32,000 bases of DNA, taken from Delftia acidovorans NBRC 14950 (lineage in GTDB: Bacteria; Pseudomonadota; Gammaproteobacteria; Burkholderiales; Burkholderiaceae_C). The notes beneath the pieces were generated by a model. The model saw only the letters and a program-made list of their open reading frames with translations, had not been told where the DNA came from and ran no database searches. The DNA is taken from the NCBI RefSeq assembly GCF_001598795.1, contig NZ_BCZP01000011.1:150001-182000 (forward strand), written 5' to 3'. Shown here piece by piece: positions 1 through 9,532 of this stretch; the first letter of the stretch is position 1, and each line of letters begins with the position of its first letter. A program made the translations under genes and the position numbers.

Positions 1-851
1 GCCTCGGTCAGCTTGTCCTTCTGGGCAGGCATCTCGTTGTGCTTGCCGTTGTTGATCATGGCCGTGATGGCGGCCTCGCCCCAGCCGTGCAGCCAGATGT
101 CGTCGGTCAGGTTGGGCGCGCCCAGGGCCTGGTTGCCCTTGCCGTCCATGCCGTGGCAGGCAGCGCAGGCCGTGAACTTGGACTTGCCCAGCGAGGCCTT
201 GAGCGAGTCGTGCGGGCTGCCCGACAGGCTCAGCACATAGTGCGAGAGGTTGCGCACATCGTCGGGCGTGCCGACGGCAGCGGCCATGGGCGGCATGATG
301 CCGATGCGGCCACCCGTGATGGTTTCCCTGATCTTCTCGGGCGTGCCGCCATGCAGCCAGTCGCCATCGGTCAGGTTGGGGAAGCTCTTGCCGCCGCGTG
401 CATCCGAGCCGTGGCACTGTGCGCAGTTGTTCATGAACAGGCGCTCGCCGATGGCCATGGCCTGGGGGTCCTTGGCCATGTCTTCGGTGCTCATGCTCGT
501 GAACTTGGCGTACAGCGGCTCCAGGTCCGCGCGGGCCTTGGCCATCTCGTTTTCATAGGCGCCCAGCTGCGTCCAGCCCAGCTTGCCCGCGAACGAGCCC
601 AGGCCCGGATAGGCCGCCAGGTAGGCGAAGCCGAACACCGAGGTGATGATGAACAGCCACATCCACCACTTGGGCATGGGGTTGTTCAGCTCGCGCAGGT
701 CCTCGTCCCAGACGTGGCCCGTGGTGTTGTCGGCCGATGGGACCACCTTCTTGCGTGCGGTGAGATACAGCAGCAGCAGGCAGCCGATGATGCCGCCCAG
801 CGTGATCGCCGTGACATAGATCGACCAGAAGTTGTTTACGAAATCGCTCAT
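1..851 (-). CDS. ccoP: cbb3-type cytochrome c oxidase subunit III (dihaem CcoP); 3' end runs off the left window edge
   Basis: Not in the ORF track because there is no stop in the window. My translation of the minus strand from ATG 851..849 gives MSDFVNNFWSIYVTAITLGGIIGCLLLLYL (TM helix). Two haem-c motifs follow: NNCAQCHGSDARGG (CxxCH about nt 411-425) and FTACAACHGMDGKG (about nt 153-167). It lies directly after ccoN-O-Q. Confidence 0.9.
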   Translation of the reverse strand, partial: MSDFVNNFWSIYVTAITLGGIIGCLLLLYLTARKKVVPSADNTTGHVWDEDLRELNNPMPKWWMWLFIITSVFGFAYLAAYPGLGSFAGKLGWTQLGAYENEMAKARADLEPLYAKFTSMSTEDMAKDPQAMAIGERLFMNNCAQCHGSDARGGKSFPNLTDGDWLHGGTPEKIRETITGGRIGIMPPMAAAVGTPDDVRNLSHYVLSLSGSPHDSLKASLGKSKFTACAACHGMDGKGNQALGAPNLTDDIWLHGWGEAAITAMINNGKHNEMPAQKDKLTE

Positions 852-878
852 GGGAAGTTCTCGTTCTGGTGGAGGGAC

Positions 879-1016
879 TCAGTCTTGCTCGAACGGCAGC
901 TGGGCGGCCTCGTCGAAACGGGCCTGGTTGCGGCGGGCGAACGCCCACCACCAGATGCCGATGAAGCAGGCCAGCGAGGCCAGCGTGGCCACGATGCGCA
1001 TGGTGGTGATGTCCAT
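879..1016 (-). CDS. ccoQ: cbb3-type cytochrome oxidase subunit IV (CcoQ), 45 aa
   Basis: Below the ORF-track size cutoff. Manual translation gives MDITTMRIVATLASLACFIGIWWWAFARRNQARFDEAAQLPFEQD*. It has a single TM helix and the WWW-A-F-xRR motif typical of CcoQ, and it sits between ccoO and ccoP. Confidence 0.8.
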   Translation of the reverse strand: MDITTMRIVATLASLACFIGIWWWAFARRNQARFDEAAQLPFEQD

Positions 1017-1027
1017 GTCGCTCTCCT

Positions 1028-1660
1028 TTACTTGACCGAACGGCCCAGGACCTGCAGGTAGGCGATGACGGCGTCCATTTCCGTCTTGCCCTTGACCTGC
1101 TCGGCAGCGCCGCTGATTTCCTCGTCGCTGTAGGGCACGCCCACCTTGCGCAGCGCGCTCATGTGCTGGGCGACCACGGTGTCATCCACCTTGTTCTTTT
1201 CCAGCCAGGTGTAGGCAGGCATGTTGGACTCGGGCACCACGTCGCGCGGGTTGTTCAGGTGGATGCGATGCCATTCGTCGCTGTACTTGCCGCCCACGCG
1301 GTGCAGGTCGGGACCCGTGCGCTTGGAACCCCACTGGAAGGGGTGGTCATAGACGAACTCGCCAGCCACCGAGTAGTGGCCGTAGCGCATGGTCTCGGCG
1401 CGGAAGGGGCGGATCATCTGCGAGTGGCAGTTGTAGCAGCCCTCGCGCAGATAGACGTCGCGGCCCATCAGCTGCAGCGGCGTGTAGGGCTTGAGGCCAG
1501 CCACCGCTTCCGTGGTCGACTTCTGGAAGAACAGCGGAACGATTTCCACCATGCCGCCGACGGCCACCACCAGCAGGGTCAGCACGATCAGCAGGAAATT
1601 GTTGGTTTCCACCTTCTCGTGGGAAAAGCTCTTGGGAGCGCTATTGTTGTGATCGGACAT
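1028..1660 (-). CDS. ccoO: cbb3-type cytochrome c oxidase subunit II (monohaem CcoO)
   Basis: 210-aa ORF with an N-terminal TM helix, the haem-c site [14 protein letters not shown], and the conserved [16 protein letters not shown] block. Confidence 0.95.
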   Translation of the reverse strand: MSDHNNSAPKSFSHEKVETNNFLLIVLTLLVVAVGGMVEIVPLFFQKSTTEAVAGLKPYTPLQLMGRDVYLREGCYNCHSQMIRPFRAETMRYGHYSVAGEFVYDHPFQWGSKRTGPDLHRVGGKYSDEWHRIHLNNPRDVVPESNMPAYTWLEKNKVDDTVVAQHMSALRKVGVPYSDEEISGAAEQVKGKTEMDAVIAYLQVLGRSVK

Positions 1661-1679
1661 GAGTAATGCTCCTAGACGC

Positions 1680-3116
1680 TCAGGCGTGGGCCACGACGGC
1701 AGGCACGGCCACCTTCACCGAACGGCCCGAGATCGCGGTCTTCCAGGTGTTCCACAGCATGACCAGCATGCCGCCCAGGTACAGCAGGCCACCGGCCACG
1801 CGGATCACGTAGAACGGATAGCTGGCCTTGACGCTTTCGACGAAGGTGTAGGTCAGCGTGCCATCGGGATTGACGGCGCGCCACATCAGGCCCTGCATCA
1901 CACCGGCGATCCACATCGCGGCGATGTACAGCACGATGCCGATGGTGGCCATCCAGAAGTGCAGTTCGATGGCGCCCACCGAGTGCATCTTGGTCTTGCC
2001 GAACAGGCGCGGGATCAGGTAGTACAGCGAGCCCATGGTGATCAGGCCCACCCAGCCCAGGGCACCCGAGTGAACGTGGCCCACGGTCCAGTCCGTGTAG
2101 TGCGACAGCGCGTTGACGGTCTTGATGGACATCATCGGACCTTCGAACGTGGACATGCCGTAGAACGACAGCGACACGATCAGGAAGCGCAGGATGGGGT
2201 CGTCACGCAGCTTGTGCCATGCGCCCGACAGCGTCATCACGCCGTTGATCATGCCGCCCCAGCTGGGAGCCAGCAGGATCAGCGAGAACACCATGCCCAC
2301 GGACTGCGTCCAGTCGGGCAGCGCGGTGTAGTGCAGGTGGTGAGGACCCGCCCACATGTAGGTGAAGATCAGCGCCCAGAAGTGGACGATGGACAGGCGG
2401 TAGCTGTAGACCGGACGGCCAGCCTGCTTGGGGATGAAGTAATACATCATGCCCAGGAAGCCCGCGGTCAGGAAGAAGCCCACGGCGTTATGGCCGTACC
2501 ACCACTGCACCATCGCGTCCTGCACGCCGGCGTAGGCCGAGTAGCTCTTCATCCAGCCGGCCGGAATGGCCGCGCTGTTGACAATGTGCAGCAGTGCCAC
2601 GGCGATGATGAAGGCGCCGAAGAACCAGTTGGCCACATAGATGTGACGGACCTTGCGGATGCCGATGGTTCCGAAGAACACGATGGCATACGAGACCCAG
2701 GTCACGGCGATCAGCAGGTCGATCGGCCACTCCAGCTCGGCGTACTCCTTGCCCTGGGTGTAGCCCAACGGCAGGCTGATGGCGGCGGCGACGATGACGA
2801 TCTGCCAGCCCCAGAAGGTCAGGCTGGCCAGCTTGGGCATGAACAGCCGCGTCTGGCAGGTGCGCTGCACCACGTAGTAGCTGGTTGCGAACAGCGCCGA
2901 TCCGCCAAAGGCAAAGATCACGGCGTTCGTGTGCAGCGGACGCAGGCGTCCGTAGCTCAGCCATGGAATGCCGAAGTTGAGTTCCGGCCAGGCCAGCTGC
3001 GAGGCGATCAACACCCCGACAGCCATGCCTACCACCCCCCAGACGACGGCCATGATAGAGAACTGCCTTACGACGGAATCGTCGTAATAGACAGCGTTTT
3101 TATTTGAACTATCCAT
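1680..3116 (-). CDS. ccoN: cbb3-type cytochrome c oxidase subunit I (CcoN)
   Basis: 478-aa polytopic membrane ORF. It carries haem-copper oxidase His ligands in [19 protein letters not shown] and [12 protein letters not shown] contexts. It lies directly upstream of ccoO. Confidence 0.95.
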   Translation of the reverse strand: MDSSNKNAVYYDDSVVRQFSIMAVVWGVVGMAVGVLIASQLAWPELNFGIPWLSYGRLRPLHTNAVIFAFGGSALFATSYYVVQRTCQTRLFMPKLASLTFWGWQIVIVAAAISLPLGYTQGKEYAELEWPIDLLIAVTWVSYAIVFFGTIGIRKVRHIYVANWFFGAFIIAVALLHIVNSAAIPAGWMKSYSAYAGVQDAMVQWWYGHNAVGFFLTAGFLGMMYYFIPKQAGRPVYSYRLSIVHFWALIFTYMWAGPHHLHYTALPDWTQSVGMVFSLILLAPSWGGMINGVMTLSGAWHKLRDDPILRFLIVSLSFYGMSTFEGPMMSIKTVNALSHYTDWTVGHVHSGALGWVGLITMGSLYYLIPRLFGKTKMHSVGAIELHFWMATIGIVLYIAAMWIAGVMQGLMWRAVNPDGTLTYTFVESVKASYPFYVIRVAGGLLYLGGMLVMLWNTWKTAISGRSVKVAVPAVVAHA

Positions 3117-3169
3117 CGTGCACCCCTTAGATTGCTATCAAAGTGTTACGTTCTTCGCTCCCGGGCGTG

Positions 3170-3183
3170 TTGACCCACGTCAA
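3170..3183 (-). promoter_or_regulatory. FNR/Anr-type box TTGAC-CCAC-GTCAA upstream of ccoN
   Basis: Matches TTGAT-N4-ATCAA at 8/10 positions with perfect dyad symmetry. The centre is about 60 nt upstream of the ccoN ATG (3116). It overlaps the ccoS stop codon (3180..3182). ccoNOQP operons are classically FNR/Anr activated. Confidence 0.7.
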
Positions 3184-3317
3184 TCGTCCCGAAGAATGCG
3201 CTCACCCTCTTGCTCCACACTCTCGAACTGCCCGCGATATACGGCCCACCACAGGGCCGCAAGGATGGCCAGCACCAGCACCACCGACAGCGGGATCAGC
3301 AAATACAAAATATCCAT
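3180..3317 (-). CDS. ccoS: cbb3 oxidase maturation protein CcoS/FixS, 45 aa
   Basis: Manual translation gives MDILYLLIPLSVVLVLAILAALWWAVYRGQFESVEQEGERILRDD*. It shows the canonical CcoS pattern of one TM helix followed by W-A-x-x-x-GQF-D/E, and it sits between ccoI and ccoN. The 61-aa ORF 3202..3387 in the track is in another frame and was rejected. Confidence 0.8.
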   Translation of the reverse strand: MDILYLLIPLSVVLVLAILAALWWAVYRGQFESVEQEGERILRDD

Positions 3318-3381
3318 GGTCAGTTCCCCGTGGCGCTGACGCGCCACGCCTTGCCCCCAGAACGGGCGCGATCCAGCTCAG

Positions 3382-3473
3382 TGACACCGAGCAAGAGCCG
3401 CCTCGCGGCGAAGGTGTCGTTCCCCTCCCGCGAAGCGAGAGAGGGGGAAGCGGCGCAGCCGCTCAGGGGGTGT
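3382..3473. repeat. Copy A of a roughly 90-bp structured intergenic repeat (REP-like)
   Basis: Shares these blocks with copy B (9443..9532): gacaccgag, ggtgtcgt, cccgcgaagcgaga, gggggaag and ctcagggggtgt. It contains CCCC..GGGG and GCGGC-gca-GCCGC hairpins. It ends 8 nt from the ccoI stop codon. Confidence 0.8.
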
Positions 3474-3480
3474 ATTTCCA

Positions 3481-5916
3481 TCAGAACCTCCCCACCGTTG
3501 CGGTGGAGCCCGTCTTCATCGCGACGGACGCTGCGGGCGCAGCAGGCGTGCCCGTGTGTTTCGTTGCAGCCAGTGGCAGGCTGCGCGCAAGGCGCGCGGC
3601 ATTCATCACCACCAGCAGCGAACTCAGTGCCATTCCCAGGCCGGCCACCCAGGCAGGCATGAAGCCCGCCAGGGCCAGCGGAATCGACACCGCGTTGTAA
3701 GCGGCTGCCCAGGCCATGTTCTGGCGCACCACCTGCAGCGTGCGGCGCGACAACAGGCATGCCTGGAGTACCAGTTCCAGGCTGTCACCCAGAACAACGA
3801 AATCTGCGCGCGATTGTGCCAGGGGCACTGCTCTACCAAAAGCAAAAGAGACATGCGCTCCAGCTAAAACTGGGCCGTCGTTGAGGCCGTCGCCCACCAT
3901 GGCCACGTGGTGGCCGGCAGCCTGCGCCTGCTGCAGGCGCTCCAGCTTGTCCTGCGGGCTGCAGCCGCCTTCGGCCTGGGTGATGCCCACGCGCGCCGCC
4001 ATGGCGCGGGCCGCGTCCTCGCGGTCGCCGGACAGCAGCATCACCTGCACGCCATGCCGGTGCAGCGCCTGCACCACGGCGGCGGCCTCGGGCCGCACGT
4101 CCTCGCTGAGGACGAAGCGGGCCAGCGTGTGCCAGCCCTGCGAGGTCTCCTCGGCCAGCAGCACACCCTGCACGGGCTGCTCCCCGGCCAGGCCTGCGTG
4201 CAGGGCCGAGCCCAGCCGCAGATGGCGGCGCGCGCCGGGGCGCTGCACCCAGGCGTCCAGGCCCAGGCCGGCCATTTCCTGCATGGTGTCCAGCTTCCAG
4301 TCTGTGGCGGCATCGGCGCCAGCCTGCGCAATGGCGCGCGAGGCCGGGTGGATGGACTGGCGCGCCAGCAGCGCCGCCAGTGCCAGCACTTCGTCGGCGT
4401 CTTCGCCCGCAGCAGGCTCGAAGGACGACAGGGCCAGGCCATCGCGCGTGAGCGTGCCGGTCTTGTCGAACACCAGGGTGTCCACGGCGGCCAGCGCCTC
4501 CAGGCCCTGCAGGTTGCGCACCAGCACGCCGCTGCGCGCCAGCGTGCCGGCGGCGGTGAGCATGGCCACGGGCGTGGCCAGCGACAGCGCGCAGGGGCAG
4601 GTGACGATGAGCACGGCCACCGCCACCATCATGGCCTTGCCGGGATCGGTGGGCCACCACCAGATGGCGGCGCCCAGCGCAGCCAGCAGCACCACGACGA
4701 GAAAGGGCCGCGCCACCTTGTCGGCCAGTTGGGCCAGGCGCGGCTTTTGCAGCGAGGCGCTTTCCATCAGGCCCACGATCTGGGCGAAGCGCGTATCGGC
4801 GCCCACGCCATCCACGCGCACATCGACCACGGCATCCAGGTTGTAGCTGCCGGCCGTGACGGTATCGCCCTCGGCACGCAGCACGGGCGTGGACTCGCCG
4901 GTGAGCAGGGCCTCGTCGGCATGGGTGCGGCCGCGCACGATGGTGCCGTCGGCCGGGAAGGCCTCGCCACTGAGCACGCGCACCCGGTCGCCCGCCCGCA
5001 GGCGGCGCGTGGCCACGCGCTCGAAATGGCCGGCTGCGTTCTCGCGCAGCACGGCATCGGGCAGGCGGTTCATCACCGCTTCCAGCGCGCCGGCCGTGCG
5101 GTCGCGCAGGCGCAGCTCCAGCCAGCGGCCGGACAGCAGGAAGAAGACGAACATGGTCAGCGAGTCGTAGAAGACTTCCTCGCCGAAGGGCCCCGAAGGA
5201 TCGAAGGTGCCCAGCGAACTGATCACGAAGGTGATCAGCATGCCCAGGGCCACGGGCAGGTCCATGCTCACGCGGCGCTGGCGTATGTCGCGCAGCGCGC
5301 TGGAGAAGAAGGGGCCGCAGCAAAACAGCACCACGGGCAGCGAGATGACCCAGGAGGCCCAGCGCAGCAGCGTCTCCATCTCCTGCGACAGGTCGCCGGG
5401 GCGGGCCACGTAGGCGGGCCACGCATACATCATGACCTGCATCATGCAAAAGCCGGCCACCAGCCAGCGCCACAGCGCACGGCGGCTCTCGGCCTGGCGG
5501 CGCTCGCGCGCAAAGGCATCGCGTGCGGGAAGCGCCTGGTAGCCGGCGCGCCGCACGGCCTCCATCCACTCGGAGGGAAGCACCTGCGCATGGCGCCAGG
5601 TGACACGGGCGCGGCGCGTGGCAGCACTGACTTCGGCCTTCTCCACTCCGGGCACGGCACGCAGCGCATCCTCGATGGTCAGGGCGCATGCGGCACAGTG
5701 CATGCCTTCCAGAACGACGTGCGAATCCCAGGCGGGAAAGTCGGTAGGTTCCTTGGAAGGGTCGGCGGGAGTTGCGGGGCCTGCGGGCCGTCCGAACGAA
5801 CTCCACTCCTGCGGGTCATCCAGCAGCCGGGCGGTGGCCTGCTGCGAGGGCGAGGGGCCTGAATCAAGCGCCGCCACTGCCGCCTCGCTGGATGGGGCTA
5901 TCGTGGTGTGGGGCAT
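3481..5916 (-). CDS. ccoI: Copper-translocating P1B-type ATPase CcoI/FixI
   Basis: Contains an N-terminal HMA domain ([15 protein letters not shown]), CPC in TM6 (VTCPCALS), the DKTGTLT phosphorylation site and the GDGLNDGP hinge. The track ORF starts at 5958 inside the FNR box. I prefer ATG 5916 (MPHTTIAP). GTG 5877, preceded by GAGG, is an alternative. Confidence 0.9.
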   Translation of the reverse strand: MPHTTIAPSSEAAVAALDSGPSPSQQATARLLDDPQEWSSFGRPAGPATPADPSKEPTDFPAWDSHVVLEGMHCAACALTIEDALRAVPGVEKAEVSAATRRARVTWRHAQVLPSEWMEAVRRAGYQALPARDAFARERRQAESRRALWRWLVAGFCMMQVMMYAWPAYVARPGDLSQEMETLLRWASWVISLPVVLFCCGPFFSSALRDIRQRRVSMDLPVALGMLITFVISSLGTFDPSGPFGEEVFYDSLTMFVFFLLSGRWLELRLRDRTAGALEAVMNRLPDAVLRENAAGHFERVATRRLRAGDRVRVLSGEAFPADGTIVRGRTHADEALLTGESTPVLRAEGDTVTAGSYNLDAVVDVRVDGVGADTRFAQIVGLMESASLQKPRLAQLADKVARPFLVVVLLAALGAAIWWWPTDPGKAMMVAVAVLIVTCPCALSLATPVAMLTAAGTLARSGVLVRNLQGLEALAAVDTLVFDKTGTLTRDGLALSSFEPAAGEDADEVLALAALLARQSIHPASRAIAQAGADAATDWKLDTMQEMAGLGLDAWVQRPGARRHLRLGSALHAGLAGEQPVQGVLLAEETSQGWHTLARFVLSEDVRPEAAAVVQALHRHGVQVMLLSGDREDAARAMAARVGITQAEGGCSPQDKLERLQQAQAAGHHVAMVGDGLNDGPVLAGAHVSFAFGRAVPLAQSRADFVVLGDSLELVLQACLLSRRTLQVVRQNMAWAAAYNAVSIPLALAGFMPAWVAGLGMALSSLLVVMNAARLARSLPLAATKHTGTPAAPAASVAMKTGSTATVGRF

Positions 5917-5951
5917 GGTTCTTAGCGTAATCGGGCCGCATGATAAGCGTA

Positions 5952-5965
5952 TTGACATTAATCAA
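5952..5965. promoter_or_regulatory. FNR/Anr box TTGAC-ATTA-ATCAA shared by the divergent ccoI and usp promoters
   Basis: 9/10 match to TTGAT-N4-ATCAA. TAnnnT -10 hexamers lie about 29 bp on each side of the dyad: TATGCT at 5987..5992 on the plus strand and TACGCT at 5929..5924 on the minus strand. Confidence 0.75.
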
Positions 5966-6032
5966 CCGTTAACTCATGGTTGGGTCTATGCTGACTTCAT
6001 CCCATCCATCAGCACACACGAAAGGAGCACGC

Positions 6033-6476
6033 ATGTACAACCGCATCCTGATCGCCACCGACGGTTCCGAGCTTTCCGACAAGGCCGTGGACAGCGGGCT
6101 GGGCCTTGCCGCGCTGTGCGGCGCCAGCGTCGTCGTCGTCCAGGTGGTGCAACACTATCCGCGCAGCTACTTCGAGGGCGGCGAGACCGTGGACCTCAAG
6201 CAGATCGAGCGCATCGAAGGCCAGTGGACTTCCAACGCGCAGACCGTGCTGGATGCCATCCATGCCAAGGGACAGGCTCTGAAGGTCAACGTGACCACCG
6301 AGATCGTCAAGTCCGACCTGGTCGCCGAAAGCGTGATCGACGTGGCCAAGCGCCGCGACTGCGATCTCATCGTCATGGCCTCGCACGGCCGCAAGGGCCT
6401 GCAGCGCCTGCTGCTGGGCAGCGAGACGCAGCATGTGCTCACGCACACCCATATCCCCGTGCTCGTCCTGCGTTGA
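6033..6476 (+). CDS. Universal stress protein (UspA family)
   Basis: Sequence begins MYNRILIATDGSELSDKAV and contains LIVMASHGRKGLQRLLLGSETQHVLTHTHIPVLVL, the Usp ATP-binding G-x2-G-x9-GS motif. The AAGGAG RBS is 6 nt before ATG 6033, so the track start at 5976 was rejected. Confidence 0.9.
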   Translation: MYNRILIATDGSELSDKAVDSGLGLAALCGASVVVVQVVQHYPRSYFEGGETVDLKQIERIEGQWTSNAQTVLDAIHAKGQALKVNVTTEIVKSDLVAESVIDVAKRRDCDLIVMASHGRKGLQRLLLGSETQHVLTHTHIPVLVLR

Positions 6477-6507
6477 AGGGTAGCGGCAGCCTCGGCGGCC
6501 GCCACAC

Positions 6508-6546
6508 AAAAAAAGGCATCGGCGGCGCCGATGCCTTTTGCTTTTT
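6508..6546. terminator. Bidirectional rho-independent terminator between the convergent usp and matB-like genes
   Basis: An A7 run is followed by GGCATCGGCG/CGCCGATGCC inverted repeats and then TTTTGCTTTTT. Confidence 0.8.
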
Positions 6547-6584
6547 CAATCAGGCCAGGGCGCAATCCGCACCCTGGCGCCAAC

Positions 6585-8138
6585 TCAGGCGAACAGCTGC
6601 TTGTGTTCGTCGCGCAGCAGGTTCTTCTGCACCTTGCCCATGGTGTTGCGCGGCAGCTCCTGCACTACGAAGCAGCGCTTGGGAATCTTGAAATTGGCCA
6701 GCTGGCCCTTGAGCGCATCGACCACCGCCTGGGGCTCCAGGGCGGCACCGGGGCGCGGCACGACCACGGCCACGCCCACTTCGCCGAAGTCCGGGTGCGG
6801 CACGCCGACCAGGGCGCTTTCGGCCACGCCGGGCAGCTCGTTGATGAAGCCTTCGATCTCGGCCGGATAGACGTTGTAGCCGCCCGAGATGATCAGGTCC
6901 TTGCTGCGGCCCACGATGCTCACATAGCCCCGCTCGTCGAGCTTGCCCACGTCGCCCGTGCGGAACCAGTCATCGGCCGTGAACTCCTCGGCCGTCTTCT
7001 CGGGCATGCGCCAGTAGCCCTTGAACACATTGGGGCCACGCACCTGGATATTGCCGATCTCGCCCACGGGCACCTGCTCGCCTGCGTCGTCCACGATGCG
7101 CACGCCCACGCCGGGCAGCGCAAAGCCCACGGTGCCGGCGCGGCGCTCGGACTGGCCGCCGTTGTGCGCGTCGGCGCGGTAGGGATTGGAGGTCAGCATG
7201 ATGGTCTCGCTCATGCCGTAGCGCTCCAGGATGACGTGGCCGGTGCGCTCCTGCCAGTCGCGGTGCGTCTCCACCAGCATGGGTGCCGAGCCCGAGATGA
7301 ACAGCCGCATGTGGGCCGCCGCCTCGCGCGTGAGCCGCGCGTCCGCCAGCATGCGCACATAGAGCGTGGGCACGCCCATGAAGACAGTGGCGTCGCGCAT
7401 GCGCGAGATCACCGTGCCGGGCTCGAACTTCGACAGCCAGATCATGGGGCTGCCATTGATCAGCGCGCCGTGGATGGCCACGAACAGGCCGTGCACATGG
7501 AAGATGGGCAGCGCGTGGATGAGCACGTCGCCGTCCTGCCAACCCCAGTAGTCCTTGAGCGTCTCGGCGTTGGACAGCATGTTGCCGTGCGTGAGCATCG
7601 CCCCCTTGCTGCGGCCGGTGGTGCCGCTGGTGTAGAGGATGGCGGCCAGGTCGTCCTCGCCGCGCTCCACCACCTCATGCTCGTCGCCATGGTGGGCCGC
7701 GCGCTCCAGCAGCGTGCCGCTGCGGTCGTCGCCCAGGGTGTAGACATGGGCCACGCCCGAGGTGAAGGCGATCTTGGAGACCCAGCCGAAATTGCCCGGC
7801 GCGCAGACCACGACGGCGGGCTCGGCATTGCCCACGAAGTATTCGATCTCGGCGCTCTGGTAGGCCGTGTTCAGCGGCAGGAAGACATGGCCGCTGCGCA
7901 GCGTGGCCAGATAGAGCATCAGCGCCTCGACCGACTTTTCCACCTGCACGGCGATGCGGCTGGCGGGCGGCAGTTGCAGCGACTGCAGCAGGTTGGCCAT
8001 GCGCGCGCTGCCACGGTCCAGGTCGGCCCAGCTGTAGAACAGGCTGGCGCCGTCCGCGCCTATGGCCTCTACGGCCCACTTCTGCAGATCCTGGGGAAAG
8101 GCGGCGCGCAAGGCAGCGAACAGATTGCGGTTGGTCAT
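6585..8138 (-). CDS. matB: Malonyl-CoA synthetase-like AMP-forming acyl-CoA ligase (MatB-like)
   Basis: Starts MTNRNLFAALRAAFP. The blocks RIAVQVEKSVEALMLYLATLRSGHVFLPLNTAY, YTSGTTGRSKGAMLTH and GKVQKNLLRDEHKQLFA* closely resemble my recollection of Rhizobium MatB. The track's 729-aa ORF (to 8774) reads through the neighbouring gene out of frame, so I trimmed it to ATG 8138. Confidence 0.8.
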   Translation of the reverse strand: MTNRNLFAALRAAFPQDLQKWAVEAIGADGASLFYSWADLDRGSARMANLLQSLQLPPASRIAVQVEKSVEALMLYLATLRSGHVFLPLNTAYQSAEIEYFVGNAEPAVVVCAPGNFGWVSKIAFTSGVAHVYTLGDDRSGTLLERAAHHGDEHEVVERGEDDLAAILYTSGTTGRSKGAMLTHGNMLSNAETLKDYWGWQDGDVLIHALPIFHVHGLFVAIHGALINGSPMIWLSKFEPGTVISRMRDATVFMGVPTLYVRMLADARLTREAAAHMRLFISGSAPMLVETHRDWQERTGHVILERYGMSETIMLTSNPYRADAHNGGQSERRAGTVGFALPGVGVRIVDDAGEQVPVGEIGNIQVRGPNVFKGYWRMPEKTAEEFTADDWFRTGDVGKLDERGYVSIVGRSKDLIISGGYNVYPAEIEGFINELPGVAESALVGVPHPDFGEVGVAVVVPRPGAALEPQAVVDALKGQLANFKIPKRCFVVQELPRNTMGKVQKNLLRDEHKQLFA

Positions 8139-8181
8139 GGCTGTGAAGAAGAAGGAAGAGTCCGCGGGAAGCAGGGAAATC

Positions 8182-9369
8182 TCAGGCACGTTCATGGTTG
8201 GGCGAAGGCTGCGCCACGGACAGCTCGCGCAGGATGCGCTCGCGGTCCGCGTCCAGCGCGGGCGGCTGCCTGCGCACCAGGGGCTGATCGCACGCGGCCA
8301 GCAAGGGGTTGCCCGCCACACGCAGCGTCTGGCCACCGGGGGCCTGCACCTGGGCCAGCATGCCGCGCTCGCGCACCTGGGGGTGCTCGACGACATCGGC
8401 CACGCTGTTGTACTCCCCCGCCGGGATGCCATTATCAGTGAGCAGGCGCAGCCAATGCGCCCTGGGACTGTCCCGCAGGCGCGCCTCCAGCGCGGCCTTG
8501 AGTTCGGCCTGGTGCTCGCAGCGCAGGGCATTGCCGGCAAAGCGCGCGTCCCCGGCCAGTTCGGGCAATTGCAGCAGGCTGCACAGCTTGCGGAACAGCA
8601 CATCGCTGCCCACGGCGATGACGAACCAGCCGTCCTGTGCCGCGAACACATCGAAGGGTGCCATGGACGGATGCCGCGTACCCATGGGCCCCGGCACGCT
8701 GCCCAGCGCACCGAGCCGCGCCACGGGGTTCTCCAGCAGGGCCACCTGGCAGTCGAGCATGGAAACATCGACACGCTCGCCCTGCCCCGTGCGGGCGCGG
8801 CGCATGAGTGCGGCCTGCGTGCCGATGACGGCGTACAGCCCTGCGCCCAGGTCGCCGATGGACACGCCCACGCGGCAGGGCCCGGCGCCGGGGTGGCCGG
8901 TCACGCTCATCATTCCGCTCATGGCCTGAACCACCATGTCGTAGGCAGGAAAGCCGCTGTAGGGACCTGTCTGGCCGAAGCCAGAGACCGACGTCATCAC
9001 CAGCCGGGGATGGCGCGCATGCAGGGTCTCCCAGCCATAGCCGAGCTTGTCCATGGTGCCGGGGCGGAAGTTCTCGACCAGCACATCGGCGCCTTGCAGC
9101 AGGCGCTCGAAGACCTCGCGGTCCTGCGGCTGCTTGAGGTCCAGCGCAATGGATTCCTTGTTGCGGTTCACCGACAGGAAATAGGCCGACCCCCCGTCCA
9201 CAAACGGCCCGATGCCGCGCGCATCGTCGCCCGTGCCGGGCTGCTCCACCTTGATCACGCGCGCGCCCAGGTCGGCCAGCATCTGCGTGCACATGGGGCC
9301 GGCCAGCACGCGCGTGAGGTCGATGACGGTAAGGCCTTCCAGCGGCAGGCCCGTGGCTTGTTCATTCAT
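8182..9369 (-). CDS. Family III CoA-transferase (CaiB/BaiF/Frc family)
   Basis: N-terminus reads MNEQATGLPLEGLTVIDLTRVLAGPMCTQMLADLGARVIKVEQPGTGDDAR, which is typical of family III CoA-transferases. The start is ATG 9369; ATG 9381 is also possible. Confidence 0.85.
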   Translation of the reverse strand: MNEQATGLPLEGLTVIDLTRVLAGPMCTQMLADLGARVIKVEQPGTGDDARGIGPFVDGGSAYFLSVNRNKESIALDLKQPQDREVFERLLQGADVLVENFRPGTMDKLGYGWETLHARHPRLVMTSVSGFGQTGPYSGFPAYDMVVQAMSGMMSVTGHPGAGPCRVGVSIGDLGAGLYAVIGTQAALMRRARTGQGERVDVSMLDCQVALLENPVARLGALGSVPGPMGTRHPSMAPFDVFAAQDGWFVIAVGSDVLFRKLCSLLQLPELAGDARFAGNALRCEHQAELKAALEARLRDSPRAHWLRLLTDNGIPAGEYNSVADVVEHPQVRERGMLAQVQAPGGQTLRVAGNPLLAACDQPLVRRQPPALDADRERILRELSVAQPSPNHERA

Positions 9370-9442
9370 AGGGATTTCCATATCGTTATCTATTGCTTGA
9401 TGCGACACCCACAACCCGTGGGACCGGCGGGGCCCAAGACCA

Positions 9443-9532
9443 GGACACCGAGGAAGGGCCGCTCCCGCACCGAGGGTGTCGTCCCCCCCGCGAAGCGAGA
9501 GGGGGAAGGCGCGTGGCGCCTCAGGGGGTGTC
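9443..9532. repeat. Copy B of the roughly 90-bp structured intergenic repeat
   Basis: 45 consecutive nt (9443..9487) are identical to the reverse complement of 10556..10600. It contains CCCCC-N13-GGGGG and GGCGC-gtg-GCGCC hairpins. It abuts the stop codon (9533) of the tctC-like gene. Confidence 0.85.

Noticed and set aside
3202-3387. A 61-aa minus-strand ORF in the ccoI-ccoN gap.
   Set aside because: It is in a different frame from the 45-aa ORF (3180..3317), whose sequence has the CcoS/FixS pattern. The 61-aa translation is Gly/Ala/Arg-rich with no membrane segment.
6585-8774. A 729-aa ORF suggesting a giant ligase with a 200-aa N-terminal extension. The same applies to the 1074-aa ORF at 17724..20948.
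   Set aside because: The extensions read out of frame through the neighbouring CoA-transferase and MFS genes and look like GC-rich nonsense. Internal ATGs at 8138 and 19514 give proteins whose N-termini and lengths match their families.
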